Notes: a model not told the origin generated them from the sequence alone. A DNA stretch of 64,000 bases from an uncultured Chloroflexia bacterium (GCA_963752975.1 CAVWAG010000003.1:206793-270792), one strand, 5' to 3'. Shown: positions 36,232 to 46,854, counted from the stretch's first letter. Translations and numbers: made by a program.

Positions 36232-37035
36232 GGGCGCCGGGATATCATTACCCCTGTCCGTCCATGGCAAATCTGCTTACACAATCGCCAGGTATGCAGC
36301 TTCGGAAGCCGGCAAAATACTCAAGAAATACCACGGCAAACCCGTGGAAATGCATGTCAAGGGCAAGCGCAACCTGGTAACCGAGGCCGACCTGCTATCC
36401 GAGAAAGAAGATACTGGAGATAATTAACTCGGAGTTTCCTTCCCACGGCATACTATCCGAGGAGGCAGGGGCAAGCCGGGATGGCGCTGAATATACCTGG
36501 ATAATCGATCCGCTCGACGGCACCAATAACTTTTATTTCGGCATTCCTTTATTCTGTGTGAATATAGCCCTGGCCAGGCGTGGCGAAGTGGTGTTGGGCG
36601 TGACCTATGACCCCATGAGGAATGAGACTTTTTACAGCATCAAGGGGAAGGGAGCGCACCTGAACGGGAAAAAGATAAGGGTCTCCGCTGTAAAGACGCT
36701 GGATAAGGCCTCTGCCGGAGTGGACCTCGGCTATAATGCCGAGCGCAGCAAAGACCTGCTGGATATCGCCACGGGCTGTGGCCAAAGCTACATTGCCTGA
36801 GGATGACAGGCTCCTCCGCACTGGGCCTGGCCTACGTGGCCTGCGGGCGGTTCAGCCTGTACTTCCATAAGTACCTATATCCATGGGATGTGGCCAGCGG
36901 CCTGCTGCTGGTCAGGGAGGCGGGTGGAGAGGTAAACGTTATAACGGCGAGCCGGCATCTATAGATGATGCGGCAATCATAGCTGCCAACCCTGCACTGC
37001 TCGGGGAATTCAGTAACTGGCTCAACCGGCGCTGA
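36224..37035 (+). CDS. Inositol monophosphatase family (SuhB-like) protein (frameshifts)
   Basis: [30 protein letters not shown] motifs across frames. Confidence 0.86.
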
Positions 37036-38237
37036 CTATTTTTTCCTGTGCCTGTCCAGGAACTTCTTTATCCGCTTGAGCGCTTCCTCTATCTCCGGCA
37101 GGGAGGTGGCGTAACAGCAGCGCACGTAGCCCTGCGCCGCATTTGCCGAAAACCGAGCCCGGCACCACGGCCACTTTCTCTTCCGTCAACAGCCCTTCGG
37201 CAAATTCCTCCGAGGTCATGCCCGTGGATTTAACCGAGGGGAAGGCGTAGAAAGCCCCCTTCGGCTCGAAGCAGGAGAGGCCCAGGTCCCTGAACCCCTT
37301 GACTATAACCCGCCTGCGCCGGTCATATTCCGCCAGCATATCCTCAACTTCCTTGTTATTGCTGTCCTTGAGCGCTTCCACGGCGGCCAATTGTCCCATG
37401 ATCGGTGCGCACATCATGGTGTACTGGTGCACCTTGAGCATGGCCTCCGTGATATCGGCGTTGGCCAGCGTGAAACCCACGCGCCAGCCGGTCATGGCGA
37501 AGGCCTTGGAGAAACCACCGATCAGGATGACCCTGTCCTTCATGCCGGGCAGGCTGGCCAGGCAGGTATGCTCGGTATCATAGGTAAGCCGGGCGTAGAT
37601 CTCGTCGGAGACAACTACCAGGTCATGCTCAACAGCGATTTTGGCTATCTCGATAACCAGGTCCCGCGGCATGACCGCCCCGGTGGGGTTGGATGGAAAA
37701 CTCATCAGGATGGCCTTGGTTTTGGGCGTCAGCTTTCTCCTCACGTCATCCGGCATCAGTCTCGAAGTTGTTCTTCTCGTAAGTGGGGACCGGAACGGGC
37801 ACCCCGCCTGTCAGGGAGACACACACCGGGTAAGCCACATAATGGGGATCTGTCATTATGACCTCGTCCCCGGGGTCCAGGATAGCGCGGAATGCCAGGT
37901 CGAGCGCCTCGCTGCTGCCGGTAGTCACCAGTATCTCCGTCTGTGGATCATATTTGAGCTTATAGAATTTCTTATGGTACCTGGCTATCGCCTCCCTCAA
38001 TTCGGGTATACCCCGGTTGGAGGTGTACATGGTGAAACCCTTCTCGATTGCCATTATGCCGGCCTCGCGCATCGGCCAGGGGGTTACGAAGTCGGGTTCA
38101 CCCACGCCCAGAGATATGGCGCCGTCCATCGTGGACAGCAGGTCGAAGTACTTCCTGATGCCCGATGGGGAGATATCGCGGGCTTTTTGAGATATATACT
38201 CACGTTTACAGTTCGGTATTTTTGTATGATGTGTCAA
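37036..38237 (-). CDS. PLP-dependent aminotransferase class I/II (YugH/AlaT-like; frameshifts near 37750 and 37130)
   Basis: ISLGVGEPDF, YTSNRG, PSNPTG, SDEIY, GFSKAFAMTGWRVG, GAFYAFP. Confidence 0.9.
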
Positions 38238-38271
38238 GTCAGGCCTCCTCTATAACAGGCGGACGGAGTGG

Positions 38272-38760
38272 TTAAGCCACCACGCCCAGCCTGCGGGGTT
38301 CACCGTCGTCCTCGAAGATGACCCCGTCCTCCTTGTATTTCTTGAGGATGAAATGCGTTACGGTGCCCTGGACGGCGTCCATGGGCGCCAGCTTCTCTGA
38401 GACGAAGACCGCTATCTCCTGCATGGTCTTGCCGGCTATCAGGATAGCCAGGTCGTAGGTTCCCGAGGCCAGGAAGACCGACTTGGCCTGGGGGAAGCGG
38501 TAGATGCGCTCCGCTATGACGTCGAAGCCGGTATCCTTCTGCGGCACGACCTTTACTTCGACCAGCGCCCAGACCTTCTCCTCCTCGGCCTTGGCCCAGT
38601 TGATGACGGTCTTGTATTTGACTATAGTGCCATCCTTCTCAGCTTTCTTGATGATCTTTTTTACTTCGCTCAGGGGTACGCCGGTCATATCGGCGACATG
38701 TTCAGGCGTGAGCCTGGCGTCCGTTTCCAGCGCCTCGAAGACCTTTTTCTCGTTTTCCAT
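38272..38760 (-). CDS. Lrp/AsnC family transcriptional regulator (YugG-like)
   Basis: N-terminal HTH (LETDARLT), GFDVIAERI, SGTYDL, THFILKKYK; AGGAGA RBS; upstream of the aminotransferase. Confidence 0.88.
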   Translation of the reverse strand: MENEKKVFEALETDARLTPEHVADMTGVPLSEVKKIIKKAEKDGTIVKYKTVINWAKAEEEKVWALVEVKVVPQKDTGFDVIAERIYRFPQAKSVFLASGTYDLAILIAGKTMQEIAVFVSEKLAPMDAVQGTVTHFILKKYKEDGVIFEDDGEPRRLGVVA

Positions 38761-38816
38761 AACATCTCCTCGCACGGCCGTAATTTTCGGGTAACACGTA
38801 TTATAGCAAAATTAAA

Positions 38817-38843
38817 AGATTGCTTCGCTTCGCTCGCAATGAC
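38817..38843. repeat. Single copy of a GTCATTGCGAG-type palindromic intergenic repeat
   Basis: AGATTGCTTCGCTTCGCTCGCAATGAC resembles the widespread GTCATTGCGAGCGAAGCGAAGCAATCT repeat (recognised from memory). Confidence 0.55.
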
Positions 38844-38858
38844 GAGCAAAAAGTATTC

Positions 38859-38957
38859 GTAGGGGCGTACCTTCAGGTGCGCCCGTTATGCGGGCGGGTT
38901 TAAAAACCCGCCCCTACAGCCGGACTCTATCGTAGGGGTGTACATTCAGATGCGCCC
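38859..38957. repeat. Cluster of three GTAG-family REP palindromes (BIME-like)
   Basis: GTAG-GGGCGTACCT-TC-AGGTGCGCCC (38859-38884); inverted GGGCGGGTTT-AA-AAACCCGCCC-CTAC (38892-38917); GTAG-GGGTGTACAT-TC-AGATGCGCCC (38932-38957). Confidence 0.85.
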
Positions 38958-38959
38958 GG

Positions 38960-40423
38960 TTATACCAGGGAGGGCTTCATGGTATGCCAGGGTGTGGCCT
39001 GCTCGTAGGCGTGTGCGACCCTGAGCAGGGTCTCCTCGCCGAAGTGCTTGCCGATAAACTGCAGGCCGACCGGCAGTCCGTCCGCAAAGCCGGCGGGAAT
39101 CGAGACGCCGGGGACGCCGGCGATATTGATGGGCAGAGTGCAGATATCGCTGAGGTACATTTGAACCGGGTCGTCGGCCTTCTCGCCGATTTTGAATGCC
39201 ACGGTGGGAGAAGTGGGGGTAACCAGGACATCACAAGAATCGAACGCCTTATCGAAATCCTGCCGGATGAGCGTCCGACCTTCTGCGCCTTGAGATAATA
39301 GGCATCGTAGTAGCCGGCGGAGAGGGCATAGGTGCCCAGCATGATGCGCCTCTTGACCTCGGCGCCGAAGCCGAACTGGCGGGTCTTCTCCATGGCTTCC
39401 CACATGCTGGTCGGTATCCCGGTAAGAGTAGCCGTACTTCACACCATCGTAGCGCGCCAGGTTGGCCGAGGCCTCCGAAGGGGCGAGTATGTAGTAGGCC
39501 GCTAACCCGTACCTGGTATTGGGAAGTGACACGTTGCGGTCCACCTTTGCGCCCAGCTCCTCCAATTGAATGATCGCTGCTTCTATAGCTTTGCGTACCT
39601 CGGGCTGCATGCCCTCGACGAGGTATTCGCGCGGTACGCCCACGCGCAGTCCCCTGATATCTTTGGTCAGCGCCCTGGTATAATCCGGCACCTCGAGCGG
39701 TACGGTGGTTGAATCCCTCTTATCGTGTCCGGCTATGGCGTTCAGCACGATTGCGCAGTCCGTGACGTCCTTGGTGATCGGGCCTATCTGGTCGAGCGAG
39801 CTGGCGAAAGCCACCAGGCCGAAACGGCTGACCCTGCCGTAGGTCGGCTTGAGCCCGACCACACCGCAGAAGCCGGCCGGCTGGCGGATGCTGCCGCCCG
39901 TATCCGAGCCGAGGGCATAGATGGTCTCGTCCGCGGCGACCGAGGCTGCCGAGCCGCCGCTGCTGCCGCCCGGCACGCAATCGAGCTTCCAGGGGTTGTG
40001 GGTGGTGAAGAAAGCCGAGTTCTCCGTGGAAGAGCCCATGGCGAACTCATCCATGTTGGCCTTGCCCACAATGACCGCGTTGGCTGCTTTGAGCTTCTCT
40101 ACAACGTGGGCATCGTAGGGAGGGACGAAGTTCTCCAGCATCTTGGAGCCGCAGGTGGTGGTGACGCCCTTCGTGCACATGTTGTCCTTGATGATCATAG
40201 GTACGCCGGTCAGGGCGCTGGCCTGGCCCCCGGCGATGGCTTTGTCCGCCGCCGCGGCGCTTTCCAGCGCAGTGTCTGCCGTGATGCGCATGCAGGCCCG
40301 CACCTTGCTGTCAACCGCTTCAAGGTTTTTCAGCACAGCCCGGGTAAGCTCCACTGAGGATACCTTCTTGTCCTTCAGCAGGGCATGGGCTTCGTGGATG
40401 GTAAGGCGGTGCAGGTCATTCAT
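38960..40423 (-). CDS. gatA: Asp/Glu-tRNA amidotransferase subunit A (two compensating frameshifts, about 39410 and 39280)
   Basis: [45 protein letters not shown] in the alternate frame. Confidence 0.96.
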   Translation of the reverse strand: MNDLHRLTIHEAHALLKDKKVSSVELTRAVLKNLEAVDSKVRACMRITADTALESAAAADKAIAGGQASALTGVPMIIKDNMCTKGVTTTCGSKMLENFVPPYDAHVVEKLKAANAVIVGKANMDEFAMGSSTENSAFFTTHNPWKLDCVPGGSSGGSAASVAADETIYALGSDTGGSIRQPAGFCGVVGLKPTYGRVSRFGLVAFASSLDQIGPITKDVTDCAIVLNAIAGHDKRDSTTVPLEVPDYTRALTKDIRGLRVGVPREYLVEGMQPEVRKAIEAAIIQLEELGAKVDRNVSLPNTRYGLAAYYILAPSEASANLARYDGVKYGYSYRDTDQHVGSHGEDPPVRLRRRGQEAHHAGHLCPLRRLLRCLLSQGAEGRTLIRQDFDKAFDSCDVLVTPTSPTVAFKIGEKADDPVQMYLSDICTLPINIAGVPGVSIPAGFADGLPVGLQFIGKHFGEETLLRVAHAYEQATPWHTMKPSLV

Positions 40424-40426
40424 CGT

Positions 40427-40714
40427 TTACTCCAGGACGGCATTGACCTTGAAGGAATTGTCCTCCTGGCCGGGTGCGTTGGATAAGACTTCAGTTACCG
40501 GCAGGGAAGGCCTGGTTTCATCCTCGCGGTAAACGTTTTCCAGCGCCACCGATTGCGAAGTGGGTTCAAGGCCGGTAGTATCCACCTGTTGAAGTATATC
40601 CATGTTCTCCAGGATACTGGAAAGCTGGTTGCGGAACTTCTCCACCTCGGCATCGGAGATGCCCAGCCTGGCCAAGAGCGCTATGTGTCTTACTTCTTCA
40701 TCTGTCAGTTTCAT
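40427..40714 (-). CDS. gatC: Asp/Glu-tRNA amidotransferase subunit C
   Basis: EVRHIALLARL, VDT.GLEPT, REDE, NAP; directly upstream of gatA. Confidence 0.95.
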   Translation of the reverse strand: MKLTDEEVRHIALLARLGISDAEVEKFRNQLSSILENMDILQQVDTTGLEPTSQSVALENVYREDETRPSLPVTEVLSNAPGQEDNSFKVNAVLE

Positions 40715-40734
40715 TCGTGTTTACCCCTGGGATT

Positions 40735-41517
40735 TCATTGATTTGGCGATTGAGAATTATAACACAGCCAGGTCAGCAGCACCCAGGGCGTAAGGGCGAA
40801 AAAACCGGCCAAAGCCGGGCCGCCCAGGTTGATGGTAAATGCATTGATGACGTTCCCGTAGCCCGTGATCATGAATGCGGCTATGGCCAGGCGGTCGAAC
40901 CCCGCCTCTTTAACGGAAGGCCGGTTGCGCGTGACCAGCAGGTACAGGACAAGGGTAATGAAAACCGTCAACCACCATCCCCAGTAATTCTGCAAAGGGA
41001 CGCCAAAAAAAGACCCCGGCACTTCCCAGACCCAATACTGACCTGCGACCATGATCGGGTCCATAACCATATCCCAGGCAGTCATGATCAGCCCGCCGAT
41101 CGCAGCAACTGACAACAGGCGCCTGGCGCCTGTCCAGGAGTGAGGTATGAGCCATCCAGCCATTACGAAAGAGGGATATATCATCATGAACCATGCTACG
41201 GCGATGAGGTAGGGTACCAGTCCGAGGAATTTCAGGCCAAGTTTTTCAGTGTAATGATAAGGGCCGTATACCAACCCGGTGGCCACGCCCAGACTTTCGA
41301 ATAACAAACTCACCCCGAATACGAAGGCAAGCAGGAGCAATGCTTTTTTCCAGCCTAACTGTTGTCCGGCGTGAAGCAGGCAAAAGCTGAAGCCGGTCAG
41401 CGTAGATATCGGGACTATGACGCCCGGTATACTACCCCCGGCGGCAAGTGTGATGGTGGAGTAAAGTACAAGTAAGCCGTACAGGATCAGCAAAGCAAAT
41501 ATCAGTTTGCGAAGCAT
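40735..41517 (-). CDS. CruF-like (carotenoid biosynthesis / DUF422) membrane protein
   Basis: E.LGVATG.VYGPYHY, VP..IAVAW, AWD.VMDP, W.W, FGVPLQNY.GW. Confidence 0.78.
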   Translation of the reverse strand: MLRKLIFALLILYGLLVLYSTITLAAGGSIPGVIVPISTLTGFSFCLLHAGQQLGWKKALLLLAFVFGVSLLFESLGVATGLVYGPYHYTEKLGLKFLGLVPYLIAVAWFMMIYPSFVMAGWLIPHSWTGARRLLSVAAIGGLIMTAWDMVMDPIMVAGQYWVWEVPGSFFGVPLQNYWGWWLTVFITLVLYLLVTRNRPSVKEAGFDRLAIAAFMITGYGNVINAFTINLGGPALAGFFALTPWVLLTWLCYNSQSPNQ

Positions 41518-41518
41518 G

Positions 41519-41923
41519 CTATTCTCCTATTTTCCCACAATGAAGACAGTAACCCCGGTGAACACAGATAACGCCGCCGCATTTTATGCAGCGCCACCGT
41601 TCCTTCTCATTCTCAATAAAGGCGCTTAAACCAATGCCTTTAATACTCTCGAGGTTTTCTATCATGCTCATTGTGTATTTCGTTCTATACCGTTTGTCCA
41701 ATTGCTTTAACCGTTTACAGGGATATTTTTCGCATTCAAAACAGAATTTAGATTGGCTCAGCTTAATCACTTCACAGTTTCTAATAATGCATTTTATACA
41801 GGAAGCCGATTTATTAGTGTCTTCTCCATGGCAGCCGGGGCATTTCCTATCTTTTCGGAGATAGGCTGCGCAAACGCCGCAATTCATACCGCAGGGGGCT
41901 ATCAGCCTGACTTCCGCCGGCAT
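41519..41923 (-). CDS. Cys-rich DUF3795-like protein with C-terminal zinc ribbon
   Basis: IAPCGMNCGVC, CPGC, FCFECEKYPC, RWRCIKCGG...CLHC. Confidence 0.78.
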   Translation of the reverse strand: MPAEVRLIAPCGMNCGVCAAYLRKDRKCPGCHGEDTNKSASCIKCIIRNCEVIKLSQSKFCFECEKYPCKRLKQLDKRYRTKYTMSMIENLESIKGIGLSAFIENEKERWRCIKCGGVICVHRGYCLHCGKIGE

Positions 41924-41958
41924 ATCTCAAATTCCTTTGGGCGCCAGGAAATCTGAGA

Positions 41959-42735
41959 CTAATCCCTGATCCATCTATATCCGCTCAGCGCCCACAGGAC
42001 AACGTTTGTCCCGTAGAAAACCCATACCAGCGGGAACATGATCTGGGAAATATTGCCCATGCCAAGATTGTAAACTTCGCCGGCGATCTCGGTAATATAC
42101 CAGCAGGTGGCCGCGATGGCGACCATCCAGGCATTGGGAGCCGGGTAGAGCTTGCGGCGCACCGTTTCCCAGGCTAACCAGGTCGTGGTGCAGAAGAAAG
42201 CCGTATAAACCGGGCCGAGCACGGCATGCCCGACGCGCACTACATCATTCCACAATATGGATATTACAATCACCGCTGACCCGTAGATAAGTATAGGCAG
42301 CCAGGCTTCGCGGAGCTTAAACTGTTTGAAATAACCGAAGCCGCGGCCCACGCGGATGATGAGGAAGATATGGGCGATAATGGAGAGTACCCCGCCGACC
42401 ATGAAAACCCACGATCCCACCGTCAGCCCCGGCACAGCTACTACCACGCTCATCAGTATGTCCGTAGGCAGCATGCAGAGGAAGGCCAGCAGCAGCAGCG
42501 TCCAATCGCGCTTACCCAGGGCGTACTTACCGGTTATGAGGACAATCACCAGCGCCAGCAACGTAATGCCCGGCTTGGCGAAGGCGGGATACAGGCTGCC
42601 CGTTTTGTAGAAATAGTTAATCCAGTCAACGCCAAACACTGAGCCCGCCAGCAACAATGTTGCTCCAACGAGCACGAATACCCATGAACGCCTTGTTCCT
42701 TCCAGAACCGATCCCTGAACCTGTTCTTTATTCAT
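41959..42735 (-). CDS. Multi-pass membrane protein, weakly YhhN/lysoplasmalogenase-like
   Basis: 258 aa with about 8 hydrophobic helices; GGAGGT RBS. The family assignment is only a resemblance. Confidence 0.55.
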   Translation of the reverse strand: MNKEQVQGSVLEGTRRSWVFVLVGATLLLAGSVFGVDWINYFYKTGSLYPAFAKPGITLLALVIVLITGKYALGKRDWTLLLLAFLCMLPTDILMSVVVAVPGLTVGSWVFMVGGVLSIIAHIFLIIRVGRGFGYFKQFKLREAWLPILIYGSAVIVISILWNDVVRVGHAVLGPVYTAFFCTTTWLAWETVRRKLYPAPNAWMVAIAATCWYITEIAGEVYNLGMGNISQIMFPLVWVFYGTNVVLWALSGYRWIRD

Positions 42736-42867
42736 TATGACCTCCGCTCGTTCTAATCCATAGATGTGCCGCCTATTATAGCTGATTCCTGTTTTCGCAG
42801 ATACTGGTATTTGAGCGTATTCATTTCACGATGCTATAATTCACCGTGTATTCTTAAGGATTAAGTC

Positions 42868-43938
42868 ATGTTTGAGAAGCTGGAATCAATCGAGAAGCGC
42901 TACGACGAACTGGGCGAACTGATCACCCGGCCGGAGGTGTATAACGACTTCCAGCAGGTGCAGTCCCTTTCGCAGGAGCGCGCCGGTATCGAGGATACGG
43001 TAAACAAATATAAACAATACAAGTCGGTCTGCAAGTCGATAGAGGATACGCAGGCCATGATAGATGACGGACTGGACCCCGATATGCTGGCCATGGCAAA
43101 GGAGGAACTGAACGGGCTGAAGACAACACAGCAAGGACTTGAGGAAACCCTGAAGGTCAGCCTTTTACCCAAGGATGCCAACGAGGATAAGGATGCCATC
43201 GTCGAGATAAGGGGTGGCACAGGAGGAGAGGAGGCGGCGCTCTTTGCTGCCGATTTGTACCGCATGTATTCTCGCTATGCCCAGGCCAAAGGCTGGCAGA
43301 TAGAGATAATCGACAGCAACCAGAACGAGATGGGAGGCTTCAGGGAGGTCATCTTCGAAGTCAAGGGCAAGGGCGCCTACGGCCACCTCAAATACGAGCG
43401 CGGCGTGCACCGGGTCCAGCGCGTGCCTTTTACTGAAGCTTCAGGCCGTATCCATACCTCAACGGCGACGGTAGCCGTGCTGCCCGAGGCCGAGGAGATA
43501 GACGTGCATATCAACCAGGAAGATCTGAGGATAGATATCTTCCGCAGCGGCGGCGCCGGCGGGCAGAACGTCAATAAGCTCAGCACGGCGGTGCGCATTA
43601 CCCACATCCCCACGGGCATCGTGGCCATCTGCCAGGACGAAAGGTCGCAGCTGCGCAACAAGCTAAAGGCCATGGCTGTGCTGCGGACGCGGCTTTACGA
43701 TATCGAGCAGCGCAAACAGCAGGACGAAGTCACCGAAGAGCGCAGGTCGCAGATAGGCAGCGGTGACAGGTCGGAGAAAATACGCACCTACAATTTCCCG
43801 CAGGACCGCATGACCGACCACCGAATCAACCTCTCCCTGCACGGCCTGCCCAAGATATTGGATGGTGACCTGGATAAGGTAATCGACGCGCTGGCCACAG
43901 AGGAACAGACGCAGTTATTGCAGGACAGCAGGTTGTGA
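42868..43938 (+). CDS. prfA: Peptide chain release factor 1
   Basis: [17 protein letters not shown] (PxT motif), [21 protein letters not shown]. Confidence 0.97.
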   Translation: MFEKLESIEKRYDELGELITRPEVYNDFQQVQSLSQERAGIEDTVNKYKQYKSVCKSIEDTQAMIDDGLDPDMLAMAKEELNGLKTTQQGLEETLKVSLLPKDANEDKDAIVEIRGGTGGEEAALFAADLYRMYSRYAQAKGWQIEIIDSNQNEMGGFREVIFEVKGKGAYGHLKYERGVHRVQRVPFTEASGRIHTSTATVAVLPEAEEIDVHINQEDLRIDIFRSGGAGGQNVNKLSTAVRITHIPTGIVAICQDERSQLRNKLKAMAVLRTRLYDIEQRKQQDEVTEERRSQIGSGDRSEKIRTYNFPQDRMTDHRINLSLHGLPKILDGDLDKVIDALATEEQTQLLQDSRL

Positions 43939-44814
43939 CCGCAGGGCAATGGCTGCGTAAATACACTTCGATTTTTCAGCAGGCGGGCATAGAGGAGGCG
44001 GCGGACGAAGCCAGGGTGCTGCTCTGCCATGCGCTGAAGCTAAACAAGGCACAGCTTTTCGCGCAGCCTGAAAGGATAATGGCTGCGGATGAGATTGCCC
44101 TGCTGGAAGGTTTAGCTGAACGCAGGACTGAGGCGTGAACCCGCTGCCTATATCGTGCAGAACAAGGAATTTTACGGTCTTGATTTATTCGTTGATCCCA
44201 GGGTACTGATACCCCGGCCGGAAACGGAGATACTGGTGGAGGCGGCGGTTAAATTCGGCCAAGCATGGATCGAGCGCAATAAAAAGACCATATCGATCGC
44301 GGATGTGGGAACGGGCTGCGGAGCTATCGCCATAGCGCTGGCACTGCATCTGCCGGGTTCACTGGTATACGCGGTGGATATCTCGGCCGCGGCGCTGGAA
44401 GTAGCGGCCCTGAACATTGAGAAATATAAAATCAGCGGCAGGGTGATCATATCGCAGGGGGATTTACTGCAGCAAATAAATGCAAGGGTTGATATCATCG
44501 CGGCCAACCTGCCTTATATCCCGCAAAACGGGATGCGCCTGTTGCAGCCTGAAATAGCAAACTATGAGCCTGAGGAAGCCCTGCAGGGTGGAGAGAGTGG
44601 TATTGAGGTCATCGGAAGGCTGCTCGAACAGGTCCCCGGGAAAATTAACCGGAACGGCGCGGTTTTCCTCGAGATCGGGGAAGGCCAGGAAGATGAGATA
44701 ATACCGGTTATCCGCCGCTGCCTGCCGGGTTCAAAGGTTACGCTGATAAAAGACCTGGCCGGCATCAACAGGGTGATAAAAATCGAAGCAAAGCGACTTT
44801 TGACAAACATATAA
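43935..44814 (+). CDS. prmC: Release factor glutamine methyltransferase (frameshift near 44130)
   Basis: [33 protein letters not shown]; follows prfA. Confidence 0.93.
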
Positions 44815-44855
44815 GGTTCTTGTAAACTTTGCGATTGGTTAAATTCTTTAGCCAA
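44800..44855 (+). promoter_or_regulatory. sigma70-type promoter of etfBA with an adjacent palindromic operator candidate
   Basis: TTGACA (44800-44805) - 17 bp - TAAACT (44823-44828); TTGGTTAAA-TTC-TTTAGCCAA at 44835-44855. Confidence 0.6.
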
Positions 44856-44882
44856 AAATCAAAATAGGGGTGAATTGCTACC

Positions 44883-45686
44883 ATGAACATGATCGTTTGC
44901 TGTAAACAGGTACTCGACCCGGAAGCAGCTCCATCCACTTTCAAGCTGGATGCTGCCAACAACAGGATGATCCAGCCGCCTGAGGTCAAACCGGTTGTCA
45001 ATCCTTATGACGAGCAGGCAGTCGAAGCCGCTCTGCGCATCAAGGACACCGATAAAGCTGGAAACAAAATAACTATCATCAGCCTGGGCAACAACCTTGT
45101 CCGCGATGTGGTCAAGAAGCCGCTCTCCATGGGCGCAGATGAGCTGATTTTGCTCGAGGATCCCGCGTTCGAAGGCGGCGACAGCTTCGCGGTAGCCTCC
45201 GCCCTGGCGGCCGCCGTTAAAAAGGTGGGCGCCTTTGACCTTATCTTCTGCGGCAGGCAGGAATCTGAATGGGACGATGGACAGGTTGGCTCCGGCCTGG
45301 CCGAACTGCTGGGCATTCCCAGTGTCACCGTGGCCAAGAAGGTCGAAGTGCAGGCGGGCGGCAAGGTAAAAGTCGAGAGGGTGGTGGCCGATGGCTACCA
45401 GGTGCTCGAGGTACAGTACCCGGCGCTCATCACCGTCAGCAACGAGCTCGGCGAAGCCCGCTATGCCACATTGAAGGGCATCATGGCAGCCAGCAAAAAG
45501 CAGCCGATCGTATGGAAACCCGCCGATATCGGTGTGGACAAGTCCGGCGCCGCAGCCAGGAAAGCTAAGGTCGTCAAGCTCTTCCAGCCCGTGAAAGAAG
45601 GCAAATGCGATATCGTCAGCGCCGATTCACCGGCCGAGGCAGGCGCCATGCTCGCACAGAAACTGCGCGAGAACAAGGTCATATAA
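44883..45686 (+). CDS. etfB: Electron transfer flavoprotein beta subunit
   Basis: IVCCKQV, NPYDEQAVEAAL, MGAD, FCGRQ...GQVG, RYATLKGIM. Confidence 0.93.
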   Translation: MNMIVCCKQVLDPEAAPSTFKLDAANNRMIQPPEVKPVVNPYDEQAVEAALRIKDTDKAGNKITIISLGNNLVRDVVKKPLSMGADELILLEDPAFEGGDSFAVASALAAAVKKVGAFDLIFCGRQESEWDDGQVGSGLAELLGIPSVTVAKKVEVQAGGKVKVERVVADGYQVLEVQYPALITVSNELGEARYATLKGIMAASKKQPIVWKPADIGVDKSGAAARKAKVVKLFQPVKEGKCDIVSADSPAEAGAMLAQKLRENKVI

Positions 45687-45719
45687 CCGTAACGACAGGA
45701 TTATTAATAGGAGGATACA

Positions 45720-46718
45720 ATGGCTGATAATAAAGGTATTCTGGTTGTCGGTGAAGCTGCTGAAGGGAAACTGCTCCCGATTACCGCTGAGATTCTCGGC
45801 GCCGGAAGGCGTCTCGCTGATGAACTGAAAGAACAACTGAGCTGCATCCTTATCGGAGCTCAACTTGGAGACGCGGGTAAAGCCGCCGTGGCCGCAGGCG
45901 CGGACAAGGTTTACATGGCCGATGACGCGCAGCTTAAAGATTACGAAAACAGCACCTACATGCAGGTTATGGAAAAAGCCGTGGCCGAGGCCTCGCCCAG
46001 GATTATCATCATGGGCCAGACCGCCAACGGCCGCGACCTGGCTCCCAGGCTGGCATTCAAGCTGGGCGTCAGCGCGGTTATGGACTGCCTCGAACTGGCC
46101 ATCGACCCGGCCACCAAGCTGATGCAGTGCACCCGGCCGGTTTACGGCGGCAACGCCAAGGCCATCTTCACCTCGGAGGCGATGCCCCAGATAGCCACCG
46201 TGAGGTCCAAGGCCAGTTCACCCATTGCCCCCGACGCGGGACGGGCTGGCGAGGTCAAGGCCTTTGCTGTAGCGCTGGACGCTTCCAAAATCAAGGCTAA
46301 GGTGCTGGAGACTATTAAAGAGGAAGTCGCTGGCATTAAGATAGAGGACGCCGCGGCAGTAGTGGCGGGTGGGCGTGGATTAGGTGGTCCCGAGCCGTTC
46401 ACTAAGGAGCTTGCCGAATTGGCCAAGATACTCAAGGGCGCCGTAGGCGCATCCAGGCCTCCCTGCGACAACAAATGGGTGCCTGATTCAATCCAGGTCG
46501 GCCTGACCGGCAAAATCATTGCCCCCGAGCTGTACATTGCAATCGGCATCTCCGGCTCGAGCCAGCATATGTCGGGCTGCGCGGGCTCCAAGTGCATCGT
46601 GGCCATAAACAAAGACCCCGAGGCCAACATCTTCAAAGAGGCCCGTTTTGGCGTGGTCGGCGACTGGAAAGTCGTGCTGCCCGCCTTCACTGCCAAGGTC
46701 AAAGAGCTGGCCGCGTAA
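45720..46718 (+). CDS. etfA: Electron transfer flavoprotein alpha subunit
   Basis: GRDLAPRLA, RPVYGG, VAGGRG, GASR, QVGLTGK, LYIAIGISG..QH, AINKDPEANIF. Confidence 0.95.
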   Translation: MADNKGILVVGEAAEGKLLPITAEILGAGRRLADELKEQLSCILIGAQLGDAGKAAVAAGADKVYMADDAQLKDYENSTYMQVMEKAVAEASPRIIIMGQTANGRDLAPRLAFKLGVSAVMDCLELAIDPATKLMQCTRPVYGGNAKAIFTSEAMPQIATVRSKASSPIAPDAGRAGEVKAFAVALDASKIKAKVLETIKEEVAGIKIEDAAAVVAGGRGLGGPEPFTKELAELAKILKGAVGASRPPCDNKWVPDSIQVGLTGKIIAPELYIAIGISGSSQHMSGCAGSKCIVAINKDPEANIFKEARFGVVGDWKVVLPAFTAKVKELAA

Positions 46719-46744
46719 TTCAAAGTTAATAAGTTAAGATATTG

Positions 46745-46778
46745 AAAGCCCCTGCCGGTGAACCGGCAGGGGCTTTTT
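46745..46778. terminator. Intrinsic, probably bidirectional terminator after etfA
   Basis: AAAGCCCCTGCCGG-TGAA-CCGGCAGGGGCTTT followed by a T-run. Confidence 0.88.
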
Positions 46779-46830
46779 GTTTTACTCTGAAGAAATTGTT
46801 ATGGGTGCAGATTTAGCTGCAACAGCATCC

Positions 46831-46854
46831 GGACGAGTTTAAAAACCCGTCCCT
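46831..46854. repeat. GTAG-family REP palindrome interrupted by the IS110 insertion
   Basis: GGACGAGTTT-AA-AAACCCGTCC-CT; removing the element restores ...CCCGTCC-CT-ACG, homologous to the REP at 38892-38917. Confidence 0.8.

Noticed and set aside
38859-38957. CRISPR array
   Set aside because: Only three units in alternating orientation with 7-14 bp gaps and no cas genes; this fits REPs.
33525-40423. Pseudogene status for argS, trpS and gatA
   Set aside because: These are essential genes with intact motifs; the indels are better explained as assembly errors.
42868-43938. prfB with a programmed frameshift
   Set aside because: The PxT motif, uninterrupted frame and downstream prmC identify it as RF1.
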